A stretch of 64,000 bases of DNA from Nitrosopumilus sp. (GCA_965238275.1 OZ250186.1:384001-448000), one strand, 5' to 3'; positions 49,937-59,586 are shown, counted from the first letter of the stretch. Made by a program: numbers and translations. Notes: a model not told the origin generated them from the letters alone.

Positions 49937-50593
49937 AAATTTTTGACAGCAGGGCTAACATGTCAACGCGGAGTTTGAAAAAGTTCTGGATTACGCATAT
50001 TTTCTATTATGACATACTTGCAGATGAAAGAAACGCAAAACCACACTTGCATATGGGCGTCACATTGACTGGAACGTATATGTTCTGCAGGGACAGAGGC
50101 ATGGTAACAGCGATGGTAAAAGAACAAAATCCAAAATGTATGGTAAAATGCCAGGAGAGAAAATATCCTATAAGAAAAATCCCGGAAAAATGGACATTGT
50201 ATTTTCTACGGATATTGAGGGGAGTACACGGAGATCTACTGTTACTATTTTTGAGTTGAAAGAAACAACCCCAGAGATAATGATTATTGTTGAAAGAATT
50301 CTGGTATTGGGGTGTGCTGGATGGAACCTGCTCCAAAATATCTTCAAGTTCATCAAGCGGCATGGCCCCGTATTCAATCATGGTTCTATAGCGACGAGCA
50401 CGAGTTCGTGTAGTCTGGCCTCCTTCATGATTAGTGGCTACAGGTCGTGGTTTTGTCTGGGGTATGTTTTGTCCAACGGTGTTCCAATCACGGCAATCGT
50501 GGCGGTACAGGTCAGGGAACATTTGGGCATCAACGGATTTTGCACAAATCCCGCGTCTCAAAGTTTAAATGGTTTTCAACAGCGCTGGTTTCT

Positions 50594-50668
50594 GGGCTCA
50601 TAGTCCAGGTCGGTTATGACGTCGCCCTTACACGGCGAAGATCCGGGGTTCAAATCCCCGTGGGCCCA
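50594..50668 (+). tRNA. tRNA-Val(TAC)
   Basis: GGGCTCA/TGGGCCC acceptor stem, TCGCC-CTTACAC-GGCGA anticodon arm, GGTTCAAATCC. Confidence 0.94.
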
Positions 50669-50734
50669 CATACTTCCTTTTAATCCGCGCGCACACAAGA
50701 GAATCTACAAATTTGATGACGTCCTACGGGATTC

Positions 50735-51754
50735 GTGAGGACCATTGACTTTTTTTCAAGCCCCATCGGACTGGGCCACATAACTAGGGACATTGCGATT
50801 GCGGCAAACTTCAGGGATATCTCTACAAACTTTGTCACAGGGAGCGGCGCAATCAAGATCCTAGACAGCCTGGGCATCGAATCCACAGACGCATACGTTC
50901 CCCCTCCGTTTGTGGTGGAAAACGGCACCCTCAGAAACCCGGCAAGATGGCTGTGGAACTACTACAGGTACTACAAGAGATGCAAGGACATCTCACACGG
51001 CATACTGCTAAGGGACAAACCCGACATGGTAGTCAGCGACGAGGACTTTGCCTCGCTTGCAAACGCCCAGGACATGGGGATTCGGACCATACTTGTCACA
51101 GACATCCTGGAGACCCGCTTTACAGGCGGCCTGGCCTCAATAGTAGAAAAGAGGATGAACAAGTCGATGCACAGCATCATGGAAAAGGCAGAGGCAGTCA
51201 TCGTTCCCGAACACGGAGACGACAGGGACAACATAAGGATGGTCGGCCCGATCGTAAGGCGCATAGACACCCCAAGGGACAAGCTGCGGAAAAGGTTCGG
51301 GTTTGAAAGAAAGACCATACTGGTATCAATCGGCGGAACCGATGCGGGAGTATTTCTGATTGAAAAGGTACTGGAGGTGATTCCAAAAATTGATCCCGAA
51401 CTGGACATCGTCCTGGTGTCCGGTCCCGCAGTCAGCAGAAGGTTCAGGGGGGTCAGGGATCTTGGATGGGTGGACAACCTGCACGAACTGATTCTTGCCT
51501 CAGACGTCCTGATATCGCTTGCAGGAAGGTCCACCATGGACGAGGCCCAATCCTACGGCACCCCGGCCATATTCATTCCCATAAAGGGGCACTTTGAGCA
51601 GGAGGACAATGCAAAAAGGCATGGATTCTCCTTTGGGGATCTCAAAAGACTGGATGTATTGGTTGCAGAAAAACTCCAAGAACGCAGGAATCCGGTTCTG
51701 GCCAGCGGTGCAGAGAATGCAGCCAGGATAATACGGCAGGCATTCAAAGATTAA
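50735..51754 (+). CDS. Glycosyltransferase family 28 (MurG-like GT-B)
   Basis: GLGHITRD, VSIGGT, SLAGRSTMDEA, HFEQEDNA motifs. Confidence 0.87.
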   Translation: MRTIDFFSSPIGLGHITRDIAIAANFRDISTNFVTGSGAIKILDSLGIESTDAYVPPPFVVENGTLRNPARWLWNYYRYYKRCKDISHGILLRDKPDMVVSDEDFASLANAQDMGIRTILVTDILETRFTGGLASIVEKRMNKSMHSIMEKAEAVIVPEHGDDRDNIRMVGPIVRRIDTPRDKLRKRFGFERKTILVSIGGTDAGVFLIEKVLEVIPKIDPELDIVLVSGPAVSRRFRGVRDLGWVDNLHELILASDVLISLAGRSTMDEAQSYGTPAIFIPIKGHFEQEDNAKRHGFSFGDLKRLDVLVAEKLQERRNPVLASGAENAARIIRQAFKD

Positions 51755-51783
51755 TAGAAGGTACCAAAAGTGCAGAGATTACC

Positions 51784-53199
51784 ATGACAAGACTGGTCGT
51801 AGTCAAGTTCGGCGGCAGCGCCATTGGTCCGGACGGCGCATCCATACCCCAGATTGTAAGGCGAATCGGCCAGCTGGCAAAGAACGCCAAGGTGATTGCA
51901 GTGTTTTCAGCACCGCTAACCATCCACAACGAAAAGAGGCGCTCCCTTACAGACGTAGTACTGGAGCAGGGCAGAAACGCCGAGGCAGGAACCGTCCCGT
52001 CCCTGAACCTGGCAGAATCCGCCTATCAGAGGATCCTGAACATGGTCAGCGCTGCACACAGGGACGAGTGCAGGGAGGTAATCGCCTCACACCTGGCAAA
52101 GGCGCAAAAGGCGCTGGATGAGGCCTATGAGAACAAAGGGTTTGCAGACGAGACACGCGCAAGGGCGCTGGCATTCTCAGGAGAGATCCTGATGTCCCAC
52201 GTAATGAGATACATCCTGAACAGCAATAACATGCGGGCAGATTCGGTAGGATTTGACGACTGGCCGATAATCACCGATGACAACGTAGAGTCGGCCAACT
52301 TTGTGGCCTCAGAATCCAGAAAGAGGATGGGCAGGATAACAGAGATGGTAAGGGACAACGCGATAGTTGCCATCGGCGGATTCATCGGAAGGACGACAAA
52401 CGGAATCGTCACCACGTACGAGCGGGGAGGCACTGACAGGACGGCAGTGGACCTTGGAATACTCTTCCACCGCATGTATGATACCAGCGTAGATTTTGAA
52501 AAGGACAGCGCCGTGGTATCTGCTGACCCGAAGATAGTACGGGAACATCTAAGGGACGTCCCACACATGTCATACAATGAGGCGCGGCTTGCAGGAATGT
52601 TTGGAATGAAGATTCTGGATCCAATCGCGATAAAGGAGATTGTGGAGAACGGTGTGGACATGCCAATGACCATAACGGACATGAACCGTCCGGACAGGGC
52701 CACCACCATCCAGAGGATGCCGGACACGCAGGGGACAGATCCCATCAAGATAGTGGCCGGAAAGGGAAACTGTGCAATACTTAGAATCGAGGTCCGCGCC
52801 GTTCACAGGCTGCTGGCATCTCTGGGAAACGACAAGCGCTACAGCGAGTTTGTGGTACTCTCGCCGTTCATCAAGGACGACATAGAGTTCTTTAGGATAC
52901 TGTTCCTTGACGGAGACTATGTCAGGAGGAATGAAAAGTATCTGCTCAACTTTGATCCGCTTGCGGCCATCAGGTATGACAGGGGCGTGATCACCCTGAT
53001 CGGCGATGACATGTGGAAGGTGCAGAAGGTTGTCTCAAGGACCAGTTCAAGGATAGGCCAAGAGGGGCTCAACATACTGAACATGGACGCCCAGGAGGAG
53101 ACCTCCCGGATAATCATAGTGATCGAGGATACGGGGGACAGCATCAAAAGGGCAATCATCGGGGTTCACGAAGAGATCACTGAGATTAATTCGAATTAA
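51784..53199 (+). CDS. Aspartate kinase
   Basis: VVKFGGS, GGFIG, ERGGTDRTA, SADP, SYNEA motifs; C-terminal ACT domain. Confidence 0.92.
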   Translation: MTRLVVVKFGGSAIGPDGASIPQIVRRIGQLAKNAKVIAVFSAPLTIHNEKRRSLTDVVLEQGRNAEAGTVPSLNLAESAYQRILNMVSAAHRDECREVIASHLAKAQKALDEAYENKGFADETRARALAFSGEILMSHVMRYILNSNNMRADSVGFDDWPIITDDNVESANFVASESRKRMGRITEMVRDNAIVAIGGFIGRTTNGIVTTYERGGTDRTAVDLGILFHRMYDTSVDFEKDSAVVSADPKIVREHLRDVPHMSYNEARLAGMFGMKILDPIAIKEIVENGVDMPMTITDMNRPDRATTIQRMPDTQGTDPIKIVAGKGNCAILRIEVRAVHRLLASLGNDKRYSEFVVLSPFIKDDIEFFRILFLDGDYVRRNEKYLLNFDPLAAIRYDRGVITLIGDDMWKVQKVVSRTSSRIGQEGLNILNMDAQEETSRIIIVIEDTGDSIKRAIIGVHEEITEINSN

Positions 53200-53206
53200 G
53201 GATAAA

Positions 53207-53299
53207 GGCGACACGGGTTTTCACCGCGTACGCCAACAAGGGTTTATTCTTGGACCAGTATCATGATTTAGTCCGGCGTTACCCTGAACACGCGTTACC
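53207..53299 (-). ncRNA. Candidate small structured RNA (unclassified)
   Basis: Paired 5'/3' ends, nested stems with GU pairs, GGT-GAAA-ACC GNRA hairpin, upstream TATA-like element. Confidence 0.45.
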
Positions 53300-53345
53300 A
53301 TATGTATACGGAATGAGTATTTAGAGTTGATCTATATAGAATGTA

Positions 53346-53549
53346 TTAGACACGCTCAGCGGCATACCACAGGATGATCCCGACGCCTATAACTGCATAC
53401 CACTTGAAGTTTCTCCTGTCCGTGAAGATGTTGGGAGAGCCCAGATCGTCTCCTGCGTACGAGATGCGTATCCTTCGCATCTCAAATGCCTGGCCCACCA
53501 GCCCCACCGCAAGAAGGGCGATCGCTGCAAACCCAAGCGTCCACTCCAT
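53346..53549 (-). CDS. Small two-TM hypothetical protein
   Basis: Two hydrophobic helices flanking GQAFEMRRI..NIFTDRRNFKWY. Confidence 0.75.
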   Translation of the reverse strand: MEWTLGFAAIALLAVGLVGQAFEMRRIRISYAGDDLGSPNIFTDRRNFKWYAVIGVGIILWYAAERV

Positions 53550-53675
53550 GGGACAGTTTGCGGTGCGTCTGATTTGTACCTTTCAGGGAATGATAACATC
53601 AGATGCCACCAGACACGCACAAAATGCCAATTTGATGACAATTCTTTAAATTGATCATTAGCCATCCAATTTTTC

Positions 53676-54590
53676 ATGGAAGAAGTTGGCATGATATGGA
53701 TGAACGGCAACATGGTGCCCTTCAGGGACGCAAAGATCCACGTCCTGACACACGCACTGCACTATTCCACATCGGTGTTTGAGGGAATCCGGTGCTACGA
53801 CACGCCTGACGGCTCTGCCATATTCAGGCTGCCTGAACATGTTGACAGGCTCTTCAGGTCTGCCAAGATGTACTCTATGAAGATGGAGTTTTCCAAGGAG
53901 GAGATTACCGATGCCATTATCGACACTGTCAGGGCCAGCGGACTCAGGGAGGCATACATCAGGCCCCTGGCATACTACGGGTACGGGCAGTTGGGGCTGA
54001 CCCCCACGCCGAACAAGGTGGACGTGGCAGTTGCATGCTGGGAGTGGAAGATGGGTGAGACTGATGCAGGCAAGTTCTCCGGGGCAAGATGCAAGATCTC
54101 CAGCTGGGCAAAGATCGATTCCAGGTCCCAACCCATGCAGGCAAAGGCCGCCTCAAACTATGCAAATGCCGCACTTGCAAGGATGGAGGCACTCAACAAC
54201 GGATACGACGAGGCAGTAATGCTAAACCTGCACGGAAAGGTTGCAGAGTGCAGCGTAGAGAACATCTTTATCGTAAAGGATTCCGTCATTGTGACGCCGC
54301 CGCTTACTGCAGGAGGGCTAAACGGCATAACAAGGAACAGCCTGTTCCAGATCGCCGAAGGGGACGGCAGGGAGATACAGGAGAGGGATCTTGACAGGGA
54401 CGACCTGTATGATGCAGACGAGATATTCATGACAGGTACCGCAGCCGAGGTAAAGTCAGTTACCCAGGTCGACGAGATAACGATAGGGAACGGGGAGATT
54501 GGGGAGACTACCAAAAGACTGCAGGGACTGTTTACGGATGCCGTAATGGGCAGGAACCAGAAGTTCCGCTCGTGGCTGAGATTCGTCTGA
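53676..54590 (+). CDS. ilvE: Branched-chain amino acid aminotransferase
   Basis: HALHY..VFEG, AYIRP, AKAASNY, LNGITR, TGTAAEV motifs. Confidence 0.95.
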   Translation: MEEVGMIWMNGNMVPFRDAKIHVLTHALHYSTSVFEGIRCYDTPDGSAIFRLPEHVDRLFRSAKMYSMKMEFSKEEITDAIIDTVRASGLREAYIRPLAYYGYGQLGLTPTPNKVDVAVACWEWKMGETDAGKFSGARCKISSWAKIDSRSQPMQAKAASNYANAALARMEALNNGYDEAVMLNLHGKVAECSVENIFIVKDSVIVTPPLTAGGLNGITRNSLFQIAEGDGREIQERDLDRDDLYDADEIFMTGTAAEVKSVTQVDEITIGNGEIGETTKRLQGLFTDAVMGRNQKFRSWLRFV

Positions 54591-54631
54591 CCGGCGATCT
54601 TTTTTATTCAGAGATTCCCACACAGAATATC

Positions 54632-54811
54632 ATGGATTCGTGCACGCCTGGCGACACCGAAAAGATCTGCTGGTTCTGCAGGAAGGGACGCCATGAGGAC
54701 TGCATGGGAGAGATTCCGACGCAGGAGAGATCAGACGGGCCGCACGACTGCGCCTTTGGGACCAGCATGGTTCCATGCAAATGCAATGTGTGCATGCGGC
54801 CTGCGCCATAG
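54632..54811 (+). CDS. Small Cys-rich protein (putative metal-binding)
   Basis: MDSCTPGDTEKICWFCRKGRHEDC..HDC..CKCNVC; TATA-like TTTTTAT about 30 nt upstream. Confidence 0.6.
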   Translation: MDSCTPGDTEKICWFCRKGRHEDCMGEIPTQERSDGPHDCAFGTSMVPCKCNVCMRPAP

Positions 54812-54889
54812 AGGGGGGACCCCATACCGTCCTGAAATGGTGTGCCCGTCCTTGGAGGGAGGCAGTCTCCCAATCATGCAACACCGTGC

Positions 54890-55657
54890 CTAGCACCCAT
54901 GCTCCTCTTTCAGATATGAGAACGAGTCGTTGATCTTGGCCATGATTCTGTTTGATCTCTTTTTTTCCGGTGCAGATTTGTGTATGATTCCCTTTGAGGC
55001 GTCATATTTTTTTGCCAGCTCCCTGTATCTTGTCTTGATCTCATGGCATGTGGCATTTTTTGATATGCTGAATATTTCGTGTGGGGTTTTGGCACGCAGG
55101 ATTCTGTCAGCCTCGGTCAGCTGCTCTGCGGGCCTTTTTGGGGGCGTAGTCTGCTGCCGCCCCTTCGGCACAGAACCGTAATCATTTCCAGGAATACTGC
55201 CAAACCGGTTGTGGGAATCACGCAGTGTTCTGGCTACTTCATCCAGGATATCATACGGTATCCCTTCAAAGGTGTCATCATCAAAGTATGACTGGGATGT
55301 TTCCTTCTTGGCCTTTTGTTCTGTTGCCTGTTCTGTTTTCTGGTCTGCTTTCTGATCTTTTTCCTGTTTGGTTTTCTGGCTGGTTTTCTGGCTGGTTTTC
55401 TGGCTGGTTTTCTGGCTGGTTTTCTGGCTGGTTTTCTGGCTGGTTTTCTGGCTGGTTTTCTGGCTGGTTTTCTGGCTTGCTTTTTGTTGGGAACCGTACT
55501 CTCCCTCATGCAGGTTGTGTCTAATGCCCATTCGATTCATTGCACATCTGGAATCATCACACGGATTGGTCACGGGCGTGTTCTCAATGATGTGATGTGG
55601 CTCATGATATATTCCCTGCCTGTTTAGCGGACATTTTGGATCATCGCAGGTGGACAT
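54890..55657 (-). CDS. J-domain-like protein with duplicated Cys/His motif and QKTS repeats
   Basis: C-terminal PHEIFSISKNAT..EIKTRYRELAKKY..MAKINDSFSYL (J-domain fold without HPD); start MSTCDDP at 55657. Confidence 0.75.
   Translation of the reverse strand: MSTCDDPKCPLNRQGIYHEPHHIIENTPVTNPCDDSRCAMNRMGIRHNLHEGEYGSQQKASQKTSQKTSQKTSQKTSQKTSQKTSQKTSQKTSQKTKQEKDQKADQKTEQATEQKAKKETSQSYFDDDTFEGIPYDILDEVARTLRDSHNRFGSIPGNDYGSVPKGRQQTTPPKRPAEQLTEADRILRAKTPHEIFSISKNATCHEIKTRYRELAKKYDASKGIIHKSAPEKKRSNRIMAKINDSFSYLKEEHGC
55368..55475. repeat. 12-bp coding tandem repeat (GCTGGTTTTCTG; QKTS on minus)
   Basis: About nine units. Confidence 0.9.
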
Positions 55658-55850
55658 TATACAGAATTGCCAGAACTCAGAAATAGGTGTTTTTAGGAGC
55701 CATGCAGCAGGCACCATGAGATAGCAGAAGTCCATTCATGCAGACATGTTACCATGGTATGGCTTCAATGCTGCCTCAGTCATCCCTGCAGTCACCTGCC
55801 GGATATTCCAAGACAATTAGCATCAAATAGTGTCCCAATCCAAGGAATGC

Positions 55851-56405
55851 ATGGAATACGACAAGGAGTTCTGGGATGCCTATGCAGAGGGCAACGAATC
55901 ACGGTACAACGAGGAGTTTGCAAAGTTTGTCAAAGACCTTGCAGGCTCGCTGCGCTGCACGAGCGTCCTTGAGATCGGATGCGGCACGGGAATCGACCTG
56001 AGATTATTTCCGGATACCTTCCAGGTTACGGGAATCGACCTGAATGATTCGGCCCTTGCAGTTGCAAGGGACAAGATGCCGTCGGCTACCTTTGAGACGG
56101 GCTCCATTGCAGACCTGCCCTTTGAGGACTCTTCTGTGGACTTTGTCTTTACGCACCAGCTTCTAAACTACCTAGACGATGACACCCTAGAGAAGGGCGT
56201 AGCCGAGATGTACAGGGTGGCAAAAAGATACGTCATGAACTGCGAAAAGTACTCCCCCACAGAGGAATGGATTGATGACCACCACAGGTACCGCAACATG
56301 CTAGAGCGATGGATGAACTACAGGGTAAGAATGGTAAGCAACGTGGACATGCATGAGGATATCGACCCGAACAAGTCCAGGTTCACCCTGCTCAGAAAAC
56401 TCTAG
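55851..56405 (+). CDS. Class I SAM-dependent methyltransferase
   Basis: VLEIGCGTG, GIDLN, LPFEDSSVDFV motifs. Confidence 0.9.
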   Translation: MEYDKEFWDAYAEGNESRYNEEFAKFVKDLAGSLRCTSVLEIGCGTGIDLRLFPDTFQVTGIDLNDSALAVARDKMPSATFETGSIADLPFEDSSVDFVFTHQLLNYLDDDTLEKGVAEMYRVAKRYVMNCEKYSPTEEWIDDHHRYRNMLERWMNYRVRMVSNVDMHEDIDPNKSRFTLLRKL

Positions 56406-56469
56406 CGGTACCTGCCACGTCAGTACCTGCCACACCAGAACAGGCATGCCCGGGACTCGTGCAGTGCGG

Positions 56470-57324
56470 CTATGAGTTGTGGGATATCTTTGAGGGCTCC
56501 CGGATCTGCACCTTTGATATCAGTCCCAGGGAGCGGCATGCAAGCGTCCCAAGAAGGATGGCCACGGTAATCATCACTATGGTTCCGGACGGGGCAATAT
56601 CTAGATAGTACGAAAGGATGATTCCAAATGCCGCAGAGAAGACTGACATGGATACGGATATTCCCACCGTCCTCTTGAATCCCATCCCAAACAGCATTGC
56701 AGTGATGTTCGGGATTACAATCAGTGCAGAGATCAGCAGTATTCCCACCAGCCGCATGGACGTTACCACCGTCACAGATGCTAGCACCACAAACAGATAG
56801 TTCAGCAGTGTCACGTTGAGGCCGGATATCCTTGCATGCTCCTCGTTAAATGAGATGTGCAGAAACGGCCTGCGAAACGCAAAGAGGACAGCCACGATCC
56901 CCGCACTTATCGCAGCAATCAGTATGACATCAGAGGTGCTGACAAGCAGTATGCTCCCAAACAGAAAGCTGAACAGATCCACTGAGAATCCCCCGGATGC
57001 GCTGGTCAGTATTACCCCAACTGCAAGACCCGACACAAGGACCACGGCAACTGCCGAATCGCCGGATATCTTTGTGCTGGAGCGCAGCTTCTGAAGTCCC
57101 AGACCGCCAATAATGGACACCACAAACGCACTCCACAGCGGAAACACGCCCAGGAACAGTCCCACGGATATTCCCCCAAATGCCACGTGGGCTATCCCGT
57201 CGCCAAACAGCGAGTACCTTCTCAGCACCAGAAAGATGCCCATGAAGGAGCATGCGACTGCGACTGCAACGCCTGCAAGGAGTGCCTTTTGCATGAACCC
57301 GTATGATAAAATCTCAAGTACCAT
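56470..57324 (-). CDS. Zn/Mn ABC transporter permease (ZnuB-like)
   Basis: LRRYSLFGDGIAH, LFGSIL, LVGILLISAL motifs. Confidence 0.92.
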   Translation of the reverse strand: MVLEILSYGFMQKALLAGVAVAVACSFMGIFLVLRRYSLFGDGIAHVAFGGISVGLFLGVFPLWSAFVVSIIGGLGLQKLRSSTKISGDSAVAVVLVSGLAVGVILTSASGGFSVDLFSFLFGSILLVSTSDVILIAAISAGIVAVLFAFRRPFLHISFNEEHARISGLNVTLLNYLFVVLASVTVVTSMRLVGILLISALIVIPNITAMLFGMGFKRTVGISVSMSVFSAAFGIILSYYLDIAPSGTIVMITVAILLGTLACRSLGLISKVQIREPSKISHNS

Positions 57325-57328
57325 GTCC

Positions 57329-58117
57329 CTAGTGCCCGTGCATGTGCGCCTGCATTGCAGACTCTGTGTACGTCTTTAGAATGTCCTCGTCTGCAAAAAA
57401 ATCCTCCTTGTGGCCGTGAAAGAAGAGCTGCCGGTTCATGCATGCAACCTTGCTTGCGTACTTTTCCAACGCGTCAAGATCGTGCGAGGACCATATTATG
57501 GTGGTTCCGTTCCGGTTAATCTCAGTCACCGCATCATAGAATCTTGTCTGGGATTCGACATCAACGCTTGTAACCGGCTCGTCAAGCACCAGGATCAGCG
57601 GATCGTTTATCAGCGACGTTGCAATAAACACCCGCTGCTGCTCCCCGCTTGAGAGCTCCCCTATTCTGCGATGCCCAAGATGCCCCAGTCGGACAGTCTT
57701 GAGCACCTCCTCAACCCGGGAATCGGTTCTGTCTATGTCCCGGTATGGATGGTTCCAGGAGTAGCCGTTGTCCCTTACCAGTTCTTCCCCCCTTGCCACC
57801 CTCTTCTTGGGTATGATTCCCATGGAGACGATATCATGTACGGTTGCAGGAAAGTTTGGCTCAAATGCAACCTTCTGCGGCACGTACCCCACAAGTGGCA
57901 AAATCGACTGGAACTTGTCACGGCCATACCCGAAGATGCTTATGGTTCCGCTGTACGGCTGCAACCCAAAGATGGCGTGAAACATCGTGGTTTTTCCAGA
58001 ACCGTTGGGCCCCACTATCCCCAGAAGATCCCCCGCATCCACGTCAAAGCTGATGTCATCGACTGCCACATAAGCGCCGTACGAAACTGTGAGATTCTGC
58101 ACGTGGAGGATGCTCAT
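57329..58117 (-). CDS. Zn/Mn ABC transporter ATP-binding protein (ZnuC-like)
   Basis: GPNGSGKT, LSSGEQQR, LDEP, SSHD motifs. Confidence 0.93.
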   Translation of the reverse strand: MSILHVQNLTVSYGAYVAVDDISFDVDAGDLLGIVGPNGSGKTTMFHAIFGLQPYSGTISIFGYGRDKFQSILPLVGYVPQKVAFEPNFPATVHDIVSMGIIPKKRVARGEELVRDNGYSWNHPYRDIDRTDSRVEEVLKTVRLGHLGHRRIGELSSGEQQRVFIATSLINDPLILVLDEPVTSVDVESQTRFYDAVTEINRNGTTIIWSSHDLDALEKYASKVACMNRQLFFHGHKEDFFADEDILKTYTESAMQAHMHGH

Positions 58118-59040
58118 TGGCATTCCAGCGCACCTCTGAGCGATATTAGGTTCTGTTCCATCTTGTCAATAAACGTGATGCCGGCTGATGACTCCTCGGG
58201 CGTGAGTGCCTCGACCGGACTCAGTACAAGTACGTCGGCTCCTGCCTCCTCTGCAATGGCCTCGGCAAGCCGGGGATCAACCAGATCCTCAGAGAAGATT
58301 ACCCGGATGTCATTATTTCTTACAAAGTCTATAAACTCTGCAATCTCGGCGGCAGACGCCTCCGTATCAGGCGCCTGTCCTCCCAGAGGAACTATCCTGA
58401 CATCGTACCGCTCTCCAAAGTATGCAAAGGCGTTATGGAACGGAACGATGGTATCCTGCCGGCAGTCTGCCAGTGTCTCCCGAATCAGGGCATCAAGGGA
58501 GTCAAGCTTGGCGTTGTAGTCTGCGGCATTCTGGAAATAGTATGACTCATTGTCAGGGTCTGCCAGGGCCAGCCCGTCCCGTATGTTGTCTACCTGCTGC
58601 CTTACAAGTATGGGATCCAGCCACACGTGGGGATCAAAATTGTGGTCATCTTCTGCACCCAGAAGAGCAATACCGTCTGTTGCCTTGACAAACAGCATTC
58701 CGTCAAACTCACCTGACTCGATCAAGCTTGAGACATACGGCTCTATTCCAAGCCCGTTGTAGACAAATACGTCCGTATCCTCCAGCAAGAGTATCTCGCC
58801 TGCCCTAGGCTCCCAGTCATGAGCCTCTGTTCCCGGGGGAAGGTACTGCTCCACGATGGCACGGTCCCCTGCGACGTTTCTTGCAAACTCGTAGTATGGA
58901 AAGAACGATGCGAACACGCGAATCTTCTCTGACTCTTCTGGAACGGTTTCATCAGATGCAGGCTGCATGCCAAGCGCTACTGCAAGTACGGCTCCAAGTA
59001 TCGCTACGATACCTGCCCCCACATAGCGCTTGTCCGGCAT
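58114..59040 (-). CDS. Zn/Mn ABC transporter substrate-binding protein (ZnuA-like)
   Basis: EAHDWEP, DPHVWLDP, FHNAFAYF, PVE motifs. Confidence 0.93.
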   Translation of the reverse strand: MPDKRYVGAGIVAILGAVLAVALGMQPASDETVPEESEKIRVFASFFPYYEFARNVAGDRAIVEQYLPPGTEAHDWEPRAGEILLLEDTDVFVYNGLGIEPYVSSLIESGEFDGMLFVKATDGIALLGAEDDHNFDPHVWLDPILVRQQVDNIRDGLALADPDNESYYFQNAADYNAKLDSLDALIRETLADCRQDTIVPFHNAFAYFGERYDVRIVPLGGQAPDTEASAAEIAEFIDFVRNNDIRVIFSEDLVDPRLAEAIAEEAGADVLVLSPVEALTPEESSAGITFIDKMEQNLISLRGALECQ

Positions 59041-59049
59041 GTCCCATTT

Positions 59050-59108
59050 TTATTAACACCACATATAAGTTTAATAAGAATTATTAGGGATTCATGTATT
59101 TTTAATCA
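59050..59108. promoter_or_regulatory. Two putative NikR-type operator palindromes (TTATTA-N16-TAATMA)
   Basis: TTATTA(59050)-N16-TAATAA(59072) and TTATTA(59081)-N16-TAATCA(59103), between the divergent transporter and regulator genes. Confidence 0.55.
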
Positions 59109-59186
59109 TTTATTGTTTGCCGTAAATATAAGGATTATTAAAATTATCTGGCAGGTTTAAATAATGATTAATAAGAATACCAGCAG

Positions 59187-59570
59187 ATGCCCATAGTCTC
59201 AATATCACTAAACGACAAGATGCTAGGCGATCTTGACGGCCTTCAGGAATCCATGGGGTTCACGGGGCGCTCAGAGATTATCAGGGCCGGCATCCGGAGC
59301 TTTGTCCAGGAGGAGAAGGAAAAGGGCGGCATGAGCGGCATGCAAAGCGCCGTGCTGCTGGTGGTTCATGCAGACGAGTTTGATGACCAGGTTGCAAGGA
59401 TAAAGCACAAGTACGAGGATCTGATACGGACACATCTGCACAACAAGATAGACGGGGACAGGTGCGTGGAGATGTTCCTGCTAGACGGGGACTCTGAGAG
59501 GGTTCACGAGATAACGTACGGGTTTCAGACTGACAAAAGGATGGACACGGTAAAGCTGGTGGCCCTCTGA
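59187..59570 (+). CDS. NikR/CopG-family ribbon-helix-helix metal regulator
   Basis: IVSISL..GFTGRSEIIR RHH; KH..LIRTHLH..CVE metal-binding domain. Confidence 0.9.
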   Translation: MPIVSISLNDKMLGDLDGLQESMGFTGRSEIIRAGIRSFVQEEKEKGGMSGMQSAVLLVVHADEFDDQVARIKHKYEDLIRTHLHNKIDGDRCVEMFLLDGDSERVHEITYGFQTDKRMDTVKLVAL

Positions 59571-59586
59571 CACACATGGGGGATTG

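Noticed and set aside
50007-50561. Integrase with att site at tRNA-Val
   Set aside because: No tyrosine-recombinase catalytic motifs and no duplicated tRNA 3' fragment were found, and the island lies 5' of the tRNA.
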